From NCBI RefSeq assembly GCF_009914755.1, contig NC_060933.1: 64,000 nucleotides of DNA. One strand, given 5' to 3'. The DNA is from the human T2T-CHM13v2.0 reference genome, Homo sapiens. Positions 15,296 to 32,809 of the stretch are shown here, one piece after another. The notes under the pieces were generated by a model. It searched no databases, was not told the DNA's origin, and saw only the letters and a list, made by a program, of their open reading frames with translations. The position numbers were made by a program, and so were the translations under genes. Position 1 is the first letter of the stretch. Each line of letters opens with the position of its first letter.

Positions 15296-15600
15296 CTTTT
15301 TTTTTTTTTTTTTTTGGACATGGAGTCTCGTCTTGTTGCTCAGGCTGGGGTGCAGCGGTGCGATCCCGGATCACTGCAACCTCCACCTCCCAGGTTCAAG
15401 CAATTCTCCCTGCCTCGGCCTCCTGAGTAGCTGGGATTACAGGTGCGTGCCACCACACCCAGCTAGTTTTTGTATTTTTTAGTAGGGACGGGGTTTTGCC
15501 ATGTTGGCCAGGCTGGTCTTGAACTCCTGACCTCAGGTGATCTGCCCGCCTTGGCCTTCCAAAGTGCTGGGATTATAGGCTTGAGCCACTGCGCCCAGCT
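15296..15600 (-). mobile_element. Alu (AluSx-like)
   Basis: Consensus match; TSD-like CCACTGACC/CCAATGACC. Confidence 0.92.
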
Positions 15601-16781
15601 GCCAATGACCTCTTGCTTAGCCTCCAGGACATCCTGTACACTGTCCTCAAGGTGAGTTTTCGAAAATTAAAACCTGAGCATGTTGTGCACCTGCTCACAT
15701 TTTGCAAGCCTCTTTTTCCTCATCTGTAAAATGTGAATGAATAATCATTTCTTCCTTGCAGGATTGTTGAGAGTTAAATGAGATACTATGCATGAAGAGC
15801 CCAACAGTCAGGTGTTACTGTAAGTGCTCAGTAACAGAAGCTATTATTATATGTATATGTATGTATATTTGTATGTCAAAACTGAGAAAAAAAAACTAAA
15901 AGGAATGAGCCAAAATGTTAATCATGGTTATATCTAGATGGTGGAATAAATGGCTGGCTTTAATATCTTTGTCTTATTTTTAGCTATGTAAGTTTTGCAA
16001 TTAAAAAAGGTGTTTAAAAACAAAAATACAGGTTTTCTGAAAAAATGGGTCCATCCAGGATTAGCCAAAAACTTCTGTTATAAAACTGTAGCTCTTGAAG
16101 GGCTCTAGAGACCAGGAATGGAGCCCACAGCTGCACTGTCTTATCCTGCACCTGTGGCAGGCATTGCGAATGGATCCCAGCACCCTCTCTCGGACCTCAG
16201 ACTTGGGGAAATCCAGCATGGAGTAGGGACTTGCCCAGGGTCACTGCAAAGGTGAGGGGCAGAGCTGGGCTTGAGCCCAGGCCTCTGGTTCCCCAAGTGT
16301 GAGCCTGGTGCTGTACTTCCTGTGCTCTGAGGGAGCACCAGTGAGTGCTCTGTGAGTCCCTGCCCTGGCCTCCTTCCTGCACACAGCCTTTCCTTTCTCT
16401 GGGATCATTTCCTGGGTCAAAGGCCATGAGCAGTACTGTGTCTTTGGCTGTGGGGCACTGATTGCTCTCCGGGCCTTTAGACTCTGGCCCAGGGCCATGC
16501 CCCAATTTCCGCAGTGCGGTTTCCCAAGAAAAGCCAGATGAGCCAATAGTCAGGCTGCCCTCGGGCTGACGGGAGGCAAAGTGCCCAGGAGCCCCATTCA
16601 GACACACACCTCCCACCTCCCACAGACTCAGGGAAGGCGCCTTAGGGTTGGGCGTGGCTCAGAAGGGCCTAGCCCTAGACAGCTTCTCTTCCTTCTCAGC
16701 CTTCTCTTCCTTCTCAGCTGATGAGGGAAGGCTGCCCACTCACACCCCAGCCCACCCCAGCCCTCCCCTCCGCCCCACCTC

Positions 16782-16836
16782 CCCTGCCCTGCCCTGCCCT
16801 GCGCTGCCCTGCGCTGCCCTGCGCTGCCCTGCCCTG
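16782..16836. repeat. (CCCTG/CGCTG)n pentanucleotide repeat, about 11 units
   Basis: Read directly. Confidence 0.9.
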
Positions 16837-17872
16837 GGCTGGCAGATTGCTCTGCTTCTAAAAGGTTTTACGCTGAGGACCACAGGCAGGAGCGGACATT
16901 AGCCAGCCTGGTGGGCTATTGACTGAGCTGCTAAAAGCCTGTCAGGGACATTTATCATCAGGAGGCCATTTCCACCTTCTGCCCATTAGGCCAGCACTCA
17001 GCCAGAAACAGGCTTCTGATGGATGTGGTGTACAAGCTCTAAATCAGGGGAGACACGCCTGCTCCCCTCGCAGACCCCACAGAACCCTGGCTTGGGCCGC
17101 CCTGCCTGGAGAGGCATCACCTCCAAGTCTCCAAGGGGCTGCCCTGGGGCAGAGGGGGAAGACAGGACAGAAGGACCCAGGAGGAGTCAGGCGGGTGGGG
17201 GACCAGACTGGGGACTCTCTACGGCTGACCTCCATTGCCAGAAAGGGAGAGGTTGTGAGGCCACTGTCACGACCCTCAGCAGTCAAGGGAGCAGCTGTTC
17301 CTACAACAGCATCATAGTCATGACCTCAAATGAGCATCCCAACAGCTCAGGGTGGAGACTGGGAGGCAGGGGTGGCAGGACGGGCAGAGGGAGGACACAC
17401 AGTGTAGCAGAGGTGAAGTGGGCAGGCAGACTCTGGCTTCCAGGGGTGGAATCCCTGCCACATCCCTTACCATGGTGCAGCCTTGGGCAAGTGACCTCAG
17501 TTCTCTATGCCTCAGTTTCCTTATCTACGAAATGACAACAGTAGTAGCACCTCATTCACAGTAAAGCACTGAAGACGGTGCCCAGTACTTGCTAAGTACT
17601 CAGTACATTAGCCAGGAGAAGCTCATCACAGCTCATTACCATTACCCAGTTTCATTGTTGCTCAGTATGTTTCAGGGGCCAGGGGATATACTCACTGGGC
17701 AGGGGACAAACTGTTCTGCAGGGGGACTCCCATCCTTTCCTACATAGCAGTGGCTCCAGGCATGCCCTCCATGAATGAACTAGTGGCTTGATTGTTTTCC
17801 TACTGGTGAATGCAGGCAGCTGGATCAGACATGTTCCCATGTCTATAAGAAATAGGTTTTTAAATGCTTGTT

Positions 17873-18176
<304 letters not shown>

Positions 18177-19405
18177 CTAGGGAGTCATATATGTGCCAGG
18201 CCCAGTGCCAGCTGCGTTGCTCATAATATTTGATTTACCTCCCAACCACCCCAGGACATAGTACAAGAATTCCCCATTTACAAGTGCAGAGGCTGGGGCT
18301 CAGAGAGGTTGACAATCATGTACTAAGGACAGCAGAGCCAGGATTGGGAATGTTTCCTCTTATGGCCTGGTCTGCTCTTGCTGTCCTCACACCATGGTTA
18401 TCATCATCATCATACAGGCCTTTCACTGAGGACATACTATGTGCCAGACTGCATGCAGGTGATGGCAGAGATGCGGTACTCACAATCCTGGGCTATAGGA
18501 GCCATCTACCTTATGGAGGAGGCAGGAAGGAATATACTTTGAGCTCAGAGGAGAGGCACACAAGAGACCTGGGGGATGAACCAGAGAAGGCTCCCTGGAG
18601 GAGGAGGACTTTAAATTGGGCCTTAAAGAGAGGGAGACTTTGACCAGGTCAGGTGGAGGGGAGGAATCTCAAGTCAGAAAGGCAGGGCCACAGGTAGGTT
18701 TTAAGTGGGAGGAGGCTGAAGCAGCCAGCGGGCACGGTAGGCTGGAGGACAGGGCAAGAGAGGAGGCTGAGCAAGAGGGGTGAGGCTGAGGGCATGGAGT
18801 CTACTCACCCTGCCCAGGGTGCAAGGCTGGACCCAATAGAGAGGTGGACAAATGGATAGGTGAGCCATGTCCTGACTGGAGAGGGTGAGATGTGGGACCA
18901 GGGACCGCCCAGAGGAGGCTGGGATTGAGCAGAGGGAGAGATGAGAGGAGCATTTCTTGACCCTAGGAATGGCAGCACTTCTAAAATGCACAGCACATTC
19001 CCATGATTTAGGGCAGAGCATCCTTCATCACCCCTCTCCTTATGAGCACCCAGATGAGCCTTTGGAGGGTTTACTGTAGAATCCAACATCCAGGGATGAA
19101 AGCGGTGAACCACAGCTGGTGTCCCCACTTGGTCACCTGTGGGGACAGGGAGCTCACTTCCTCCTGAGGTAATTCATCCTACTTTCAGACCTTGTGAATT
19201 TGGAGAAAATGTTTCCTACTTCGAGCCCAGTGTGGCCTCCAGGTGGCCCCTGCTTCCCCTCACTTCCCACTTCTGGTCCTGGCGTTGTCCTTTGGGGACC
19301 TATAGACACATCTGGGCCCTCTGTGGCAGGCCAACTCCTTGGATATTTGAAGACAGAGGACCCATTCCTTGAGTATGTTCTTGTCCAGGATGAACAAACC
19401 CCTAG

Positions 19406-19955
<550 letters not shown>

Positions 19956-20876
19956 TAAGGCTGGCCTTTAAGATCATGGCAGTGAAATGCTCCTCTCCAC
20001 TCTCCCAGGCACCTGAAAGCCACGGTGTCCATTAGGCCCTCAGGCCCATGTCCCCTCTGGCCTGTCTACTCCCAGCAGGGTTCCAGGGCTGACCCCCAGG
20101 GGCTCTGCCTGCCCTTGCTTTCATTCCTCCCCACCCTCCACACCTCACAGCAAAGTCCACCTTCTTCACCCCCTCCCTGGAGTGACTCTGTGGCAGGCTG
20201 GGCCCCAGGCTCAGGAGCACAGTCCTGGCCTCTCCCCAGCCTTCCCCTGCTGCCTTTGTTCCCTGAGTACAGTCCCTGGTTGCCAAGGCTGCAGGTTGCG
20301 AAACTCACCTCCAGCCTCCCTCTAACCAGCTCACCCTGGGTCACAACAGGCAAGAGGGAGGGACCCTGCCTGCAGTGTCACTCCCTTTGGGACATCTGAA
20401 ACTGCCTGGGGCAGCCCGGCCCCTCTGAGAAGGACTTCCTGCACGCTGTGGCAAGGCCAGACATCTCCCAATCTCAATGCAATTTATGTACTTAATTAAA
20501 TCATTAGCTAGCTTGTCCCTTCCTTGTTCTCACATCACTCACCTACTGATACATCTCTGTGCCTGGCACAGAACGTAATCCTGGTAACAAGTAGGAGCTG
20601 ATGCAAATCAGTGCCAAACCTCAGGGGCCTCAAGTCAGTGAAGTGAGAGCAAGGCCCGAGGCCACACCCAGGTCTGGGCTCCCATTCGGGTCCTGGACAC
20701 ACTGCACAGGGTCCTCTGGGAAGTCATCTTCCTGAGCCTCAGCGACCTCATCTGTGCAATGGGGCAAGATCCCCTATAAATGGGGCTAATGTTCATAAGG
20801 TATCAGCATAATCACTCCAACCCTGGTTACAACATAATAAAGAGCCTCTAAGGCCTGTCTGTGCAGGTAAGTGCTA

Positions 20877-21072
<196 letters not shown>

Positions 21073-21529
21073 AGAAACATCAATCAAATGCAAGATGTGG
21101 ACCCCATCTGGACTTTGAGGCAAACAAACCACAAGCAAAGTGGCATGTATGAGGCAACCAGGGACCATTAACATGAATTAGGAATCAGGTGACACAAGAG
21201 TTATTATTAATGTGATCCTGGCATTATGGTTATGTCAGAAAATGTCCCTGGTTTTAGAATTGCATACTGACATGTGGTAGGGGGCGGGGGGCAGAGGTTG
21301 AAATGACAAAATGTCTAGGATTTGCTTTAAAATACTTCAGGTAAAAGGGATGAGTGAAGCAAGAGGGCAAACTTGATAATTCTAGAATCTGGGCTGAGGA
21401 AAGTTCATCATATTATTTTTATCTACTTTTGTGCTTGAGATTTTTCCATAATTATGAACCTGAGCTAGATTAGAGCCTTGCTATTGAAAATGCAATTGGC
21501 AAACAAGTAGATCGGTATCACCTGGGAGG

Positions 21530-23240
<1,711 letters not shown>

Positions 23241-23347
23241 GGGAGCTTGTTGGAGATGCAGATTCCCTGGCCCCACTTCAGACCCACTACATCAGAATCT
23301 GTGTTGTAACACTAAAGTATGAGAAGCTCTGATTAGTGGCTCCTGGG

Positions 23348-23726
23348 TGTGTTAGTCCATTTTGCATTGCTATATAGGAATATGTGAGGCTGAGTATTTA
23401 CAAAGAAAAGACGTTTGTTTGGCTCACAGTTCTGCAGGAGGCAAAAGAAGCCTGGCACCAGCATCTGCTTCTGGTAAGGACTGCAGGGGAGCTTCCAATC
23501 ATGCAGACAGTGAAGGGGGGATCAGGTGTGCCGCAGGCCACGGGGAGGTGTCCCAGACTGTTTTCAACAATCAGATCTCAGGTGAACTCATTATCACAGG
23601 GAGGGCATCAAGCCATTCATGAGCTGCCCCCATGACCCAAACACCTCCCATGAGGCCCCACCTCCAACACTGGGGATCACATTTCCACATGAAAATTGGA
23701 GGGGACAAGCATCCAAACTGTATCAC
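23348..23726. mobile_element. MaLR solo LTR (MSTB-like)
   Basis: TGTGTTAGTCCATTTTGCATTGCTAT...GGCTCACAGTTCTGCAGG...CCCCACCTCCAACACTGGGGATCACATTTC...ATCCAAACTGTATCA. Confidence 0.82.
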
Positions 23727-23867
23727 AGCTCCTGTTGGATCTGGATTCCTAGGAGTCTGTGATGATAGCAATTAACATGTATCTTTGAGCTATTTATTAT
23801 ATTTCAAAAAGCCCAAAGAGAATCACACATTTTATCTAGGATCAGGCTGTGTAGGACAAGTGAGTTT

Positions 23868-24175
<308 letters not shown>

Positions 24176-25560
24176 GACAAGTGAGTTTCAACCCTCCAGT
24201 GGCTTCCCACTGGACTCAGGATAGAGCCCAGACTCCTGCCTGGGCTTACGACGCCTTCACAGTCCAGGCCCTACTCCCCAATCTGACCTCACCTCCTCCC
24301 ACCACTCTGTGGTCACAGCACATGTGTCCACGTGCTGACAATGCACAGACACACCAAACCCATTCCCACTCAGGGGAATGTTTGCATGTTCTATTTGTTC
24401 TGCCAGCATACTCTCCCTTTAGAGCCTCAAGTGGCTCTCGGCTCAAAGATCACCTTCCCAGGAATGCCTTCCCAGACCATCCTGCCTAAACTAGGTCCCC
24501 TCTCCCAACCCACGTCACACTCTATCACATCACACCAATTTATTTTCTTTATATCAGTTGTTAGTACCCATTTACACCGAGCAGTTCATGCAAGTTAGAA
24601 ACAGTGACAGTTCTGAGAGTTTGAGTAATAAAAGGAAAACCAACTAATTATTGAATTAATTAAGAATGCAGTTTGTTTGGTGGACGTAATCTTTTACAAG
24701 CATGCAAAGCTTGGAAGAAACAAGTAGCAAAATCGGCCATCTATAGGGGGTCCTTCCCATTTTGACCTTTTTATGTCTTTCTACAAATTCCATTTTGCAC
24801 TTGTCCCTCCCTAGCTCGAAACATTCTCTCTCTCTTTAGGATACAGGTCACATGCCTCACCCCAGCATTCAAGGCTCTGCTCAGCTAGCCCCAGTCCACT
24901 TCCTTAGGGTACTTCCCTTCTTCTCCTTCACAGATTATTTGTTCTGGCCAGACAGCTGCTCTCTGCATTGCTTCCTGAACATTCTATATACAGTTGCACC
25001 TCCATGCCTTTGCTTGTGCCCTTCCCTTTGCCATTTATACCCTCCCTATTTATTTGGATGAACAACCATGAGATAATTTGTGGAGTTAATGAAAATTTAT
25101 GAGCAACAATTATGCACCCAACTACATTAGGAGGTACTAGCAGAAAAGCACAAAGGACTCTAATTCAAAGTAGTCAGGGCATGGTTCTAAGGAAAAAATA
25201 GGCTTGGAATATGTCCTAAAAAAAGAGAATGCTGTGGGAATTTGAGGGAGGAAGTAAAAGTGTCTATCCATGAATATAGTAAATATTTCCATCTATTGAG
25301 GTCATCTTTATTAGTCTTTTAACAATGTTCTATCATTTTCCTTCTAAGCGTTGCTTGTTTATTCCTAGGTATCCAATCTTCTTTTATTCTATTGCAAATG
25401 TTTAATTATATCATCTAAATATTCCCAGTATGTACAAATGCAATTCATTTTTGTGTTCTGATTCTTGTATCCACTACCTTCCAAATACTCTTATTTTTCT
25501 AATAATTTGACTACATGTTCTTTTGGGTTCTATGTAGACAATTATATATGTAAATAATAG

Positions 25561-26128
<568 letters not shown>

Positions 26129-27065
26129 TAGAGGACTATTCAGGCTTTCTGTTTCTACTTGAATTGGTATTGACAAGTTACATTTTTCTAGTCTTACTGT
26201 GCAGGCCATGACCTTTTATCTTATTCCTGATTTTATTTTATTTTATTTATTTTGAGACAGGGTGTCGCTTTGTCACCTAGGCTGGAGTGCAGTGGCACGT
26301 TCATGGCTCATAGCAGCCTTGAACTCCTGGGCTCAAGGCAGCCTCCTGCCTCAGCCTTCTGAGTAGCTGGGACTACAGGCATGCTCCACTATGCCTGGTT
26401 AATTTTTGCATTTTTTGTAGAGATGGGGTTTCTCTATGTTGCTGGTCTCGAACTCCTGGGCTCAAGAGATCCACCCATCTTGGCCTCTCAAAGTGCTGGG
26501 CCCATAGGTGTGAGCCACCCTGCCTGGCCTGTAGATGCTTCTAACATTTCCCCTTTATGAATGATATTTGCACTATTTAACAAATAAGTCAAGTTAATAG
26601 CATGAATAATGTGACAAACTGACATCATGTGTCCCATGATGTAATGACCTAAAAATGATATACCACCACTCATGCAATATTCTTGCCAAAAATACATAAA
26701 TGATTCTAATAATGAGGAAACAATTTGGTAAGTCCAAATTTAGAAACATTCTACTGAACAACTGACCTTTACTCCTGAAAAATGTTAATATCATGAAGTG
26801 ATGAAGACTAAGAGATGACAACTAATGTGTGGTCCTGAATTGGATTCTAGATCAGAAAAAAAAGCTATTATAAAGGTCATCATTGGGACAACTGATGTAA
26901 TTTGAATTTGGGTTGTATATTATAATTAGCATTGAATCAATGTTAAATTTCTAGGATGTGGTTATATAAGAGAATATTCTCGTTCTTAGAAGATACAGAC
27001 CGAAGTACAGTATTTGGGGGTAAAGGGTCATCTCTATAACTTTTTCTCTTTTTTTGTTATTTTGA

Positions 27066-27173
<108 letters not shown>

Positions 27174-27592
27174 TAGCTGGGATTACAGGCACCCGCTACC
27201 ACACCTGGCTACTTTTTTGTGTTTTTAGTAGAGACGGAGTTTCACCATGTTGGCCAGGCTGATGTCGAACTCCTGACTTCAAGTGATCTGCCCGTCTGGG
27301 CCTGCCAAGGTGCTGGGATTACAGGCGTAAGCCAGCGCATCCGGCTGATAACTTTTTTTTTTTTTTTTTAAGAGATGGGGTCTTATTCTGTCACCCAGGC
27401 TGGAGTGCAGTGGTGCTTTCATAGCTACTGCAACCTCAAATTCGTGGCCTCAAGCAATTCTCCTGCTTCAGCCTCTCGTATAGCTGGGACTACAGGTGTG
27501 TACCACTGTGCCCAGCTAACTAAAAAGCAATTTTTTAAGAGATGGGGTCTTGCTATACTGCCCAGGCTATATGTCTGTAACTTCTCTGTTTC

Positions 27593-27595
<3 letters not shown>

Positions 27596-27641
<46 letters not shown>

Positions 27642-27648
27642 ACACACC
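27596..27648. repeat. (CA)n microsatellite
   Basis: Read directly. Confidence 0.95.
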
Positions 27649-28259
27649 CCGAGAGGCAAAATGTTAAAACCGGTAAACCAGGTGAAGGTTAATCAGGAAT
27701 TAGTTCAGTTTTATTTGCAAATCTTCTGTAGGCTTGAAATTGCTTCAAGATAAAAAGGTTTTAAAATGCTGTTTACTATAGGTCAGTGAAATTCTCCCTT
27801 ATCCTTCATTTGCTAATTTTCTTTTTGTTGCTGCTGAGTTTTTCTCATGGCTGGGTATTGGGCTTTATCAAACACTTTTTCTCCATCTATGGACATGATC
27901 ATATGGTTTTTCCTCTTTCACTTGCTAATATGATGATTTACCTTTATAGATTTACTAATATTAAATCACCTTTAGTTTCTGGAATAAATCCAACTTGGTC
28001 AGAATGTATCTTTTATTTACTGTAATTTGCTAGTAATTTGGCATCCATCTTCATGAGTGAGATTGATCAATATTTTTTTCTTTCTTATTCTGTCCTCCTT
28101 GTCTGTTTTTGGTATCAAGGTTACAGTGGCCTCACAGAATGAGGAAAGAAGTTGTTCATCTTTTTTATTTGTGGAAATGTTTGTAAAAGATTAGAATCTG
28201 TTCCTTGAAAGTTTTGTAGGATTTACCTGTAAAACCATCTAGGCCTAGAGTCTTTCTTA

Positions 28260-28335
28260 TGTGTTTGTGTGTGTATATATATATATATATATATACACAA
28301 ATACATATATATATATATTTTAAATATATGTATGT
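28260..28335. repeat. (TG)n/(TA)n microsatellite
   Basis: Read directly. Confidence 0.85.
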
Positions 28336-29095
28336 AAAATATAAGAAACATGCAAAAAGTGTAAAGAATGAAAATTATCAGCTTAACAAATTACTGGAAA
28401 ATAAATTACCCATAATTGCTACCCTCCCAAGCCAAGACATGAACCATTACTAGCACATAGGAGGTCTCCCACGAGATGCTTTCCAGTCGTAACCCTCTCC
28501 ATCCCCCAGGGGTAACTGCTATTCTGTTTTTCATGGTAGTCTCTTCTTTGTTTTTCTTTAAAATTTCACTATGTAATTATGCAACTGTTAAAGTATGGTT
28601 TAGTGTAGGCTGTTTTTAATTTAAGGTTAATTAAATGATATAGTTTAAAATTTGTTTGGCTTATTTCACTCAACTTTATCTTTCTGACTCAACCATGTTG
28701 TTGTATATAACTACACTTTATTCCTTTTTGTGGTTTTGTACATTCACTTGTATGGATATGCCATAATTTATTTATGAAGTTCTTGGACATACAGGTTTTC
28801 CCAGTTTTGCAATAATACAAACAATGCTACTATGCACATTCTTATGCTTCTGTTCTGGTGGACAGAGCACCAGTGGTGAACACTGCGTGGTATAAACCTA
28901 TGGTTGGTATTTCTGGGTCACAGGTATATGCATTTTCTTCTTCTTTCCAAAACAGGTGTGCCAGTTTACACTCCCATCAGAAGTGTCTGATCGTTTACAC
29001 AACTCTGTATACTTGCTGTCATTTACTAGTGTTAGACATTTTTGACAATCTGATGTGTAGTGGTATTGCACTGGTTTACTAATGAGGTTGAGTAG

Positions 29096-29568
<473 letters not shown>

Positions 29569-30878
29569 TGAGCCACCACGCCTGGCCTATTGTTCAATTT
29601 TTAAAGTACATAAAGGACTATTCCTTTAAAGAACTATTCAGGCTTTCTATTTCTACATAAATCAGTATTGACAAGTTATATTTTTTAAGGAGTTTGCCCA
29701 TATTGTTAATGTTCTCAAATTTATTGGCATACAGTTGCTTGTATTAGTTCTTATTAGATTTCAAAGCTCTGCTGTGATATTGTTTTTCTCATTCCTGATG
29801 CTTTTTGTACCCTTTCTCTTTTATTGTTGGCCAGTCTCTGCAGGGGCTTGTCTATCACCCTTTTCTAAAAACAAACTTTTGGCCCTTTTATCTTCTCTAA
29901 TGTATCCTTATATTCTCTTTCATTGATTTTTGCTTTTTATTATCTCCTTCCTCAAACTTTCTTTGGGTTTATTCTGCTGCTCTTTGTTTGAATTTTTTTT
30001 TTTTTTTTTTGAGACAGGGTCTCACTCTGTTGCCCAGGCTGGAGTACAGTGTTGAAAGCATGGCTCACAACTTCCCTGGGCTCAGGTAATCTGACCTCAG
30101 CCTCCTAAGTAGCTAGGACCACAGGCAAATGCCCTCATGCCCAGTTAATTTTTGTATTTTTTGTACAGATGGGGTTTCACCATGTTGCCCAGGCTGGTCT
30201 CAAACTCTTGGGCTTAAGTAATCCTCTGGCCTTGGCCTTCCAAAGTGCTGGGATTACAGGTGTGAGCCACTGTACCCGGCTCTAACTTCTTAGATGGAAT
30301 GTTTAATCATTAATTTTTAGGCTTCCTTCTTTTCTAATATAAGCATTAGTGCTATAGATTTCCCTTGAAGCCCCACTTTCCCTACATCTCGTAAGTTTTG
30401 TGATATATTTCATTTTATCAATTCCAAGGATTTTTAAATTTCCATTTTGATTTTGTTTATGGCCTATAAATTATTTAGAAATAGTTTTTAAGTTTCCAAA
30501 TGAATGGGAATTTAAGATTTATCTTTTGTTATTGATTTCTAACTCAATTGCATTGTGTTCAGGAAACCTGGTCTATGAGATTCTAATCTGCGTGATCTTT
30601 TAACTTCTGAAGTCCTCTGGGGGTCTAAGTCTGCTATTTGTGTTTCAGCTGACTCTCACTCATGGTGGTGTACATGCTTTGTGATCTTTGTGGATTCATA
30701 TTTCTCTATGTTTAATCTGTGGGGATCCTGTCCACATTGTGGATGCTTTCCTCTGGAGAGGCTTCATGTCAGTTTCTGCTGTGAGCCAGTGGCACTACTA
30801 ACCTGGGATCCCTCTAGCCCCTTCAGGTGTTCTGCCTTAAGGTAGAGACTCAGGGTTGGCATCCTGAATGGAACTACT

Positions 30879-30958
30879 ATTAGGTTGATCTATGTGAAAA
30901 TGTTGCTTTTTTGGGGTCAAACCAGTTGAATATCCACAATTTTATATGGTCCAACCTA
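30879..30958. mobile_element. MADE2-like mariner-derived MITE (about 80 bp)
   Basis: Terminal inverted repeats TAGGTTGATCTATGTGAAAAT / ATTTTATATGGTCCAACCTA. Confidence 0.7.
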
Positions 30959-31401
30959 CGCTAGCAACACTTGCACTAAGGACAAAAGCCTGTTCTTCCT
31001 GCTTGCTTACTGTTTGCCTCTCCTAGCTAGTTTTGACTCAATGTTTGTTTCCCTTTTTTTGGTGGGGAAGGTGGCTTTGGAGACTTTCCCAATTTCCTGT
31101 AATCCCAGTAAAGCATTAAAAAATTATATTTTATTCAGGAGGAAATAAATTCGCAGAATTATATTGCAGAGAAGAGGAGAGGTGCTACGAGTAGCTAAGC
31201 CAACTGCTAGAGGCTAAAATTCAGGACAGGTGTATTTTTCCCAGTGAGGAAACCAAGGCTCAAAGAGATGAAATGACTTACTCAAGGTCACACAGCTAGT
31301 AATGGGCAGGGCTAGGACTTTCTAGAAACCCAGGCTCTTTCCACTTTCCCTCTGTCCTGCCCTGCCTCCAGAGAGCTGTTTGGGCCTGGGGGTGTCCTTA
31401 C

Positions 31402-31602
31402 CTGGTGCAGGGGGATGACGAGGAAGGCCCCTCCACCAGCACACTCAGTCACAACTGCAATGAAGTGGGGGTTCACGGCACAGAAGTGGTTGTCGTGAAC
31501 GCTGCGGGTGATAGGCACGGAGTCGTAGCAGTTCTCCTTGCTGGCTGGTTTGCCAAAGACATGACGGAACTTGGAGCTCCGGTACTGGGGGTGCCATGAC
31601 AT
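31402..31602 (-). CDS. CORO2A: Coronin 2A first coding exon (E2), aa 1-67, MSWHPQYRSSKFRHVFGK...FLVIPLHQ
   Basis: Coronin SKFRHVFG motif; acceptor ctcctgcag|ATG; donor CAG|gtaagg; 201 nt. Confidence 0.97.
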
Positions 31603-32106
31603 CTGCAGGAGACAAATGGGACAAAGGGTATGAGGCTCACTGCCCTGATCATGGGACACACAGAGCTCTCATCTTAAGAGTACATAAGAGGGTACGAGCA
31701 GGACAGTGGTCAGTTCAACGTGGACGGTGATGCACTGTGAAGGGCAAACAAGTGAAAAGACTCTAATTACAGTTACTTCTGTAGACCTGGTAAGATAAGA
31801 TGGGATGAAGCATAGCTATTACTGACCTGCTTGCTGATGTGTTAAGGCTTTTCATCCCTTTGAGTGTGAATATAACAAGGCAGAAGAACCATAGAGAGAA
31901 TCCACCACATTGACCCCCATCTGCTGTTTCACCAGACAGCCCAGTACCCTCAGCCCGACTAAGTAGGTACCAATGTGCTGTCTGGAGCCAGCCTGCCTGG
32001 GTTTCAATCCCAGCTCTGTCTCTTATCAGCTGGATGGCAAGTGACTTAACCTCTGGAGTCTCAGTTTCTCCATCTGTAAAATGAGGTAACACAAGTATCC
32101 ATCTCA

Positions 32107-32235
32107 GCTAGGCATGGCAGCTCATGCCTGTAATCCCAGCATTTTGGGAGGCCAAGGCAGGAGGACTGATTGAGCCCAGGAGTTCAAATGTAGCCTGGGC
32201 AACACAGTGAGACCCTGTCTCTAAAAAAAAAATAA
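32107..32235 (+). mobile_element. Alu left monomer (FLAM-like) inside a MIR
   Basis: Single arm; MIR core (TCTCAGTTTCTCCATCTGTAAAATG) upstream and MIR continuation downstream. Confidence 0.82.
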
Positions 32236-32773
32236 AAGAGAGAGAGATTGAAAAAAGTATCTGCCTCATAGCCTTGTCATAAGGATTAAGTTAGATGATG
32301 TATTTAGACCCCTTGGTGCATGGCAGATACTTGATCAACAGTGGCAATCACAGCCACTAGTATCATCTGGGCATCTTCAGCTTGCTTTGCTCCTCGTCCA
32401 GCCTTATATTTGTTCACTCAATATTTACCGAGCATCACTGTGTGTCTAGGCCCTGTGCCAGGTACCAGGGAGTTTGGAAACAGTAGGCCTGAGCCCAGCC
32501 TTTACAGGAGTGAAGAGTCCTCTGGGTGAGGCTACTAGGAGAGTCTGGGCCACTGGGACCGACTGTACTATGGGTAATAACAGAGATTCGCACATGACAG
32601 TCAGGGAGGGCTTCTCAAAGGAAGTGACAACTAAACAGTGACTTGGAGGATGAGTAGGAGTTGGTCATGTAGGCAGGATGAGGGAGAGCTGGGGGAAGGT
32701 GTCTTAGGCAGATAGAACAGTTTGGGGGAACCACATGTGGTTTAGTAAGATTATCAAAGAGAAATTAAAAAGA

Positions 32774-32778
<5 letters not shown>

Positions 32779-32808
<30 letters not shown>
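32779..32808. repeat. (AC)n microsatellite
   Basis: Read directly. Confidence 0.95.

Positions 32809-32809
<1 letters not shown>

Noticed and set aside
31312-31659. ORF extending the CORO2A N-terminus (MSHDQGSEP...)
   Set aside because: The extension is the polypyrimidine tract and acceptor of the upstream intron; the coronin-type start is MSWHP.
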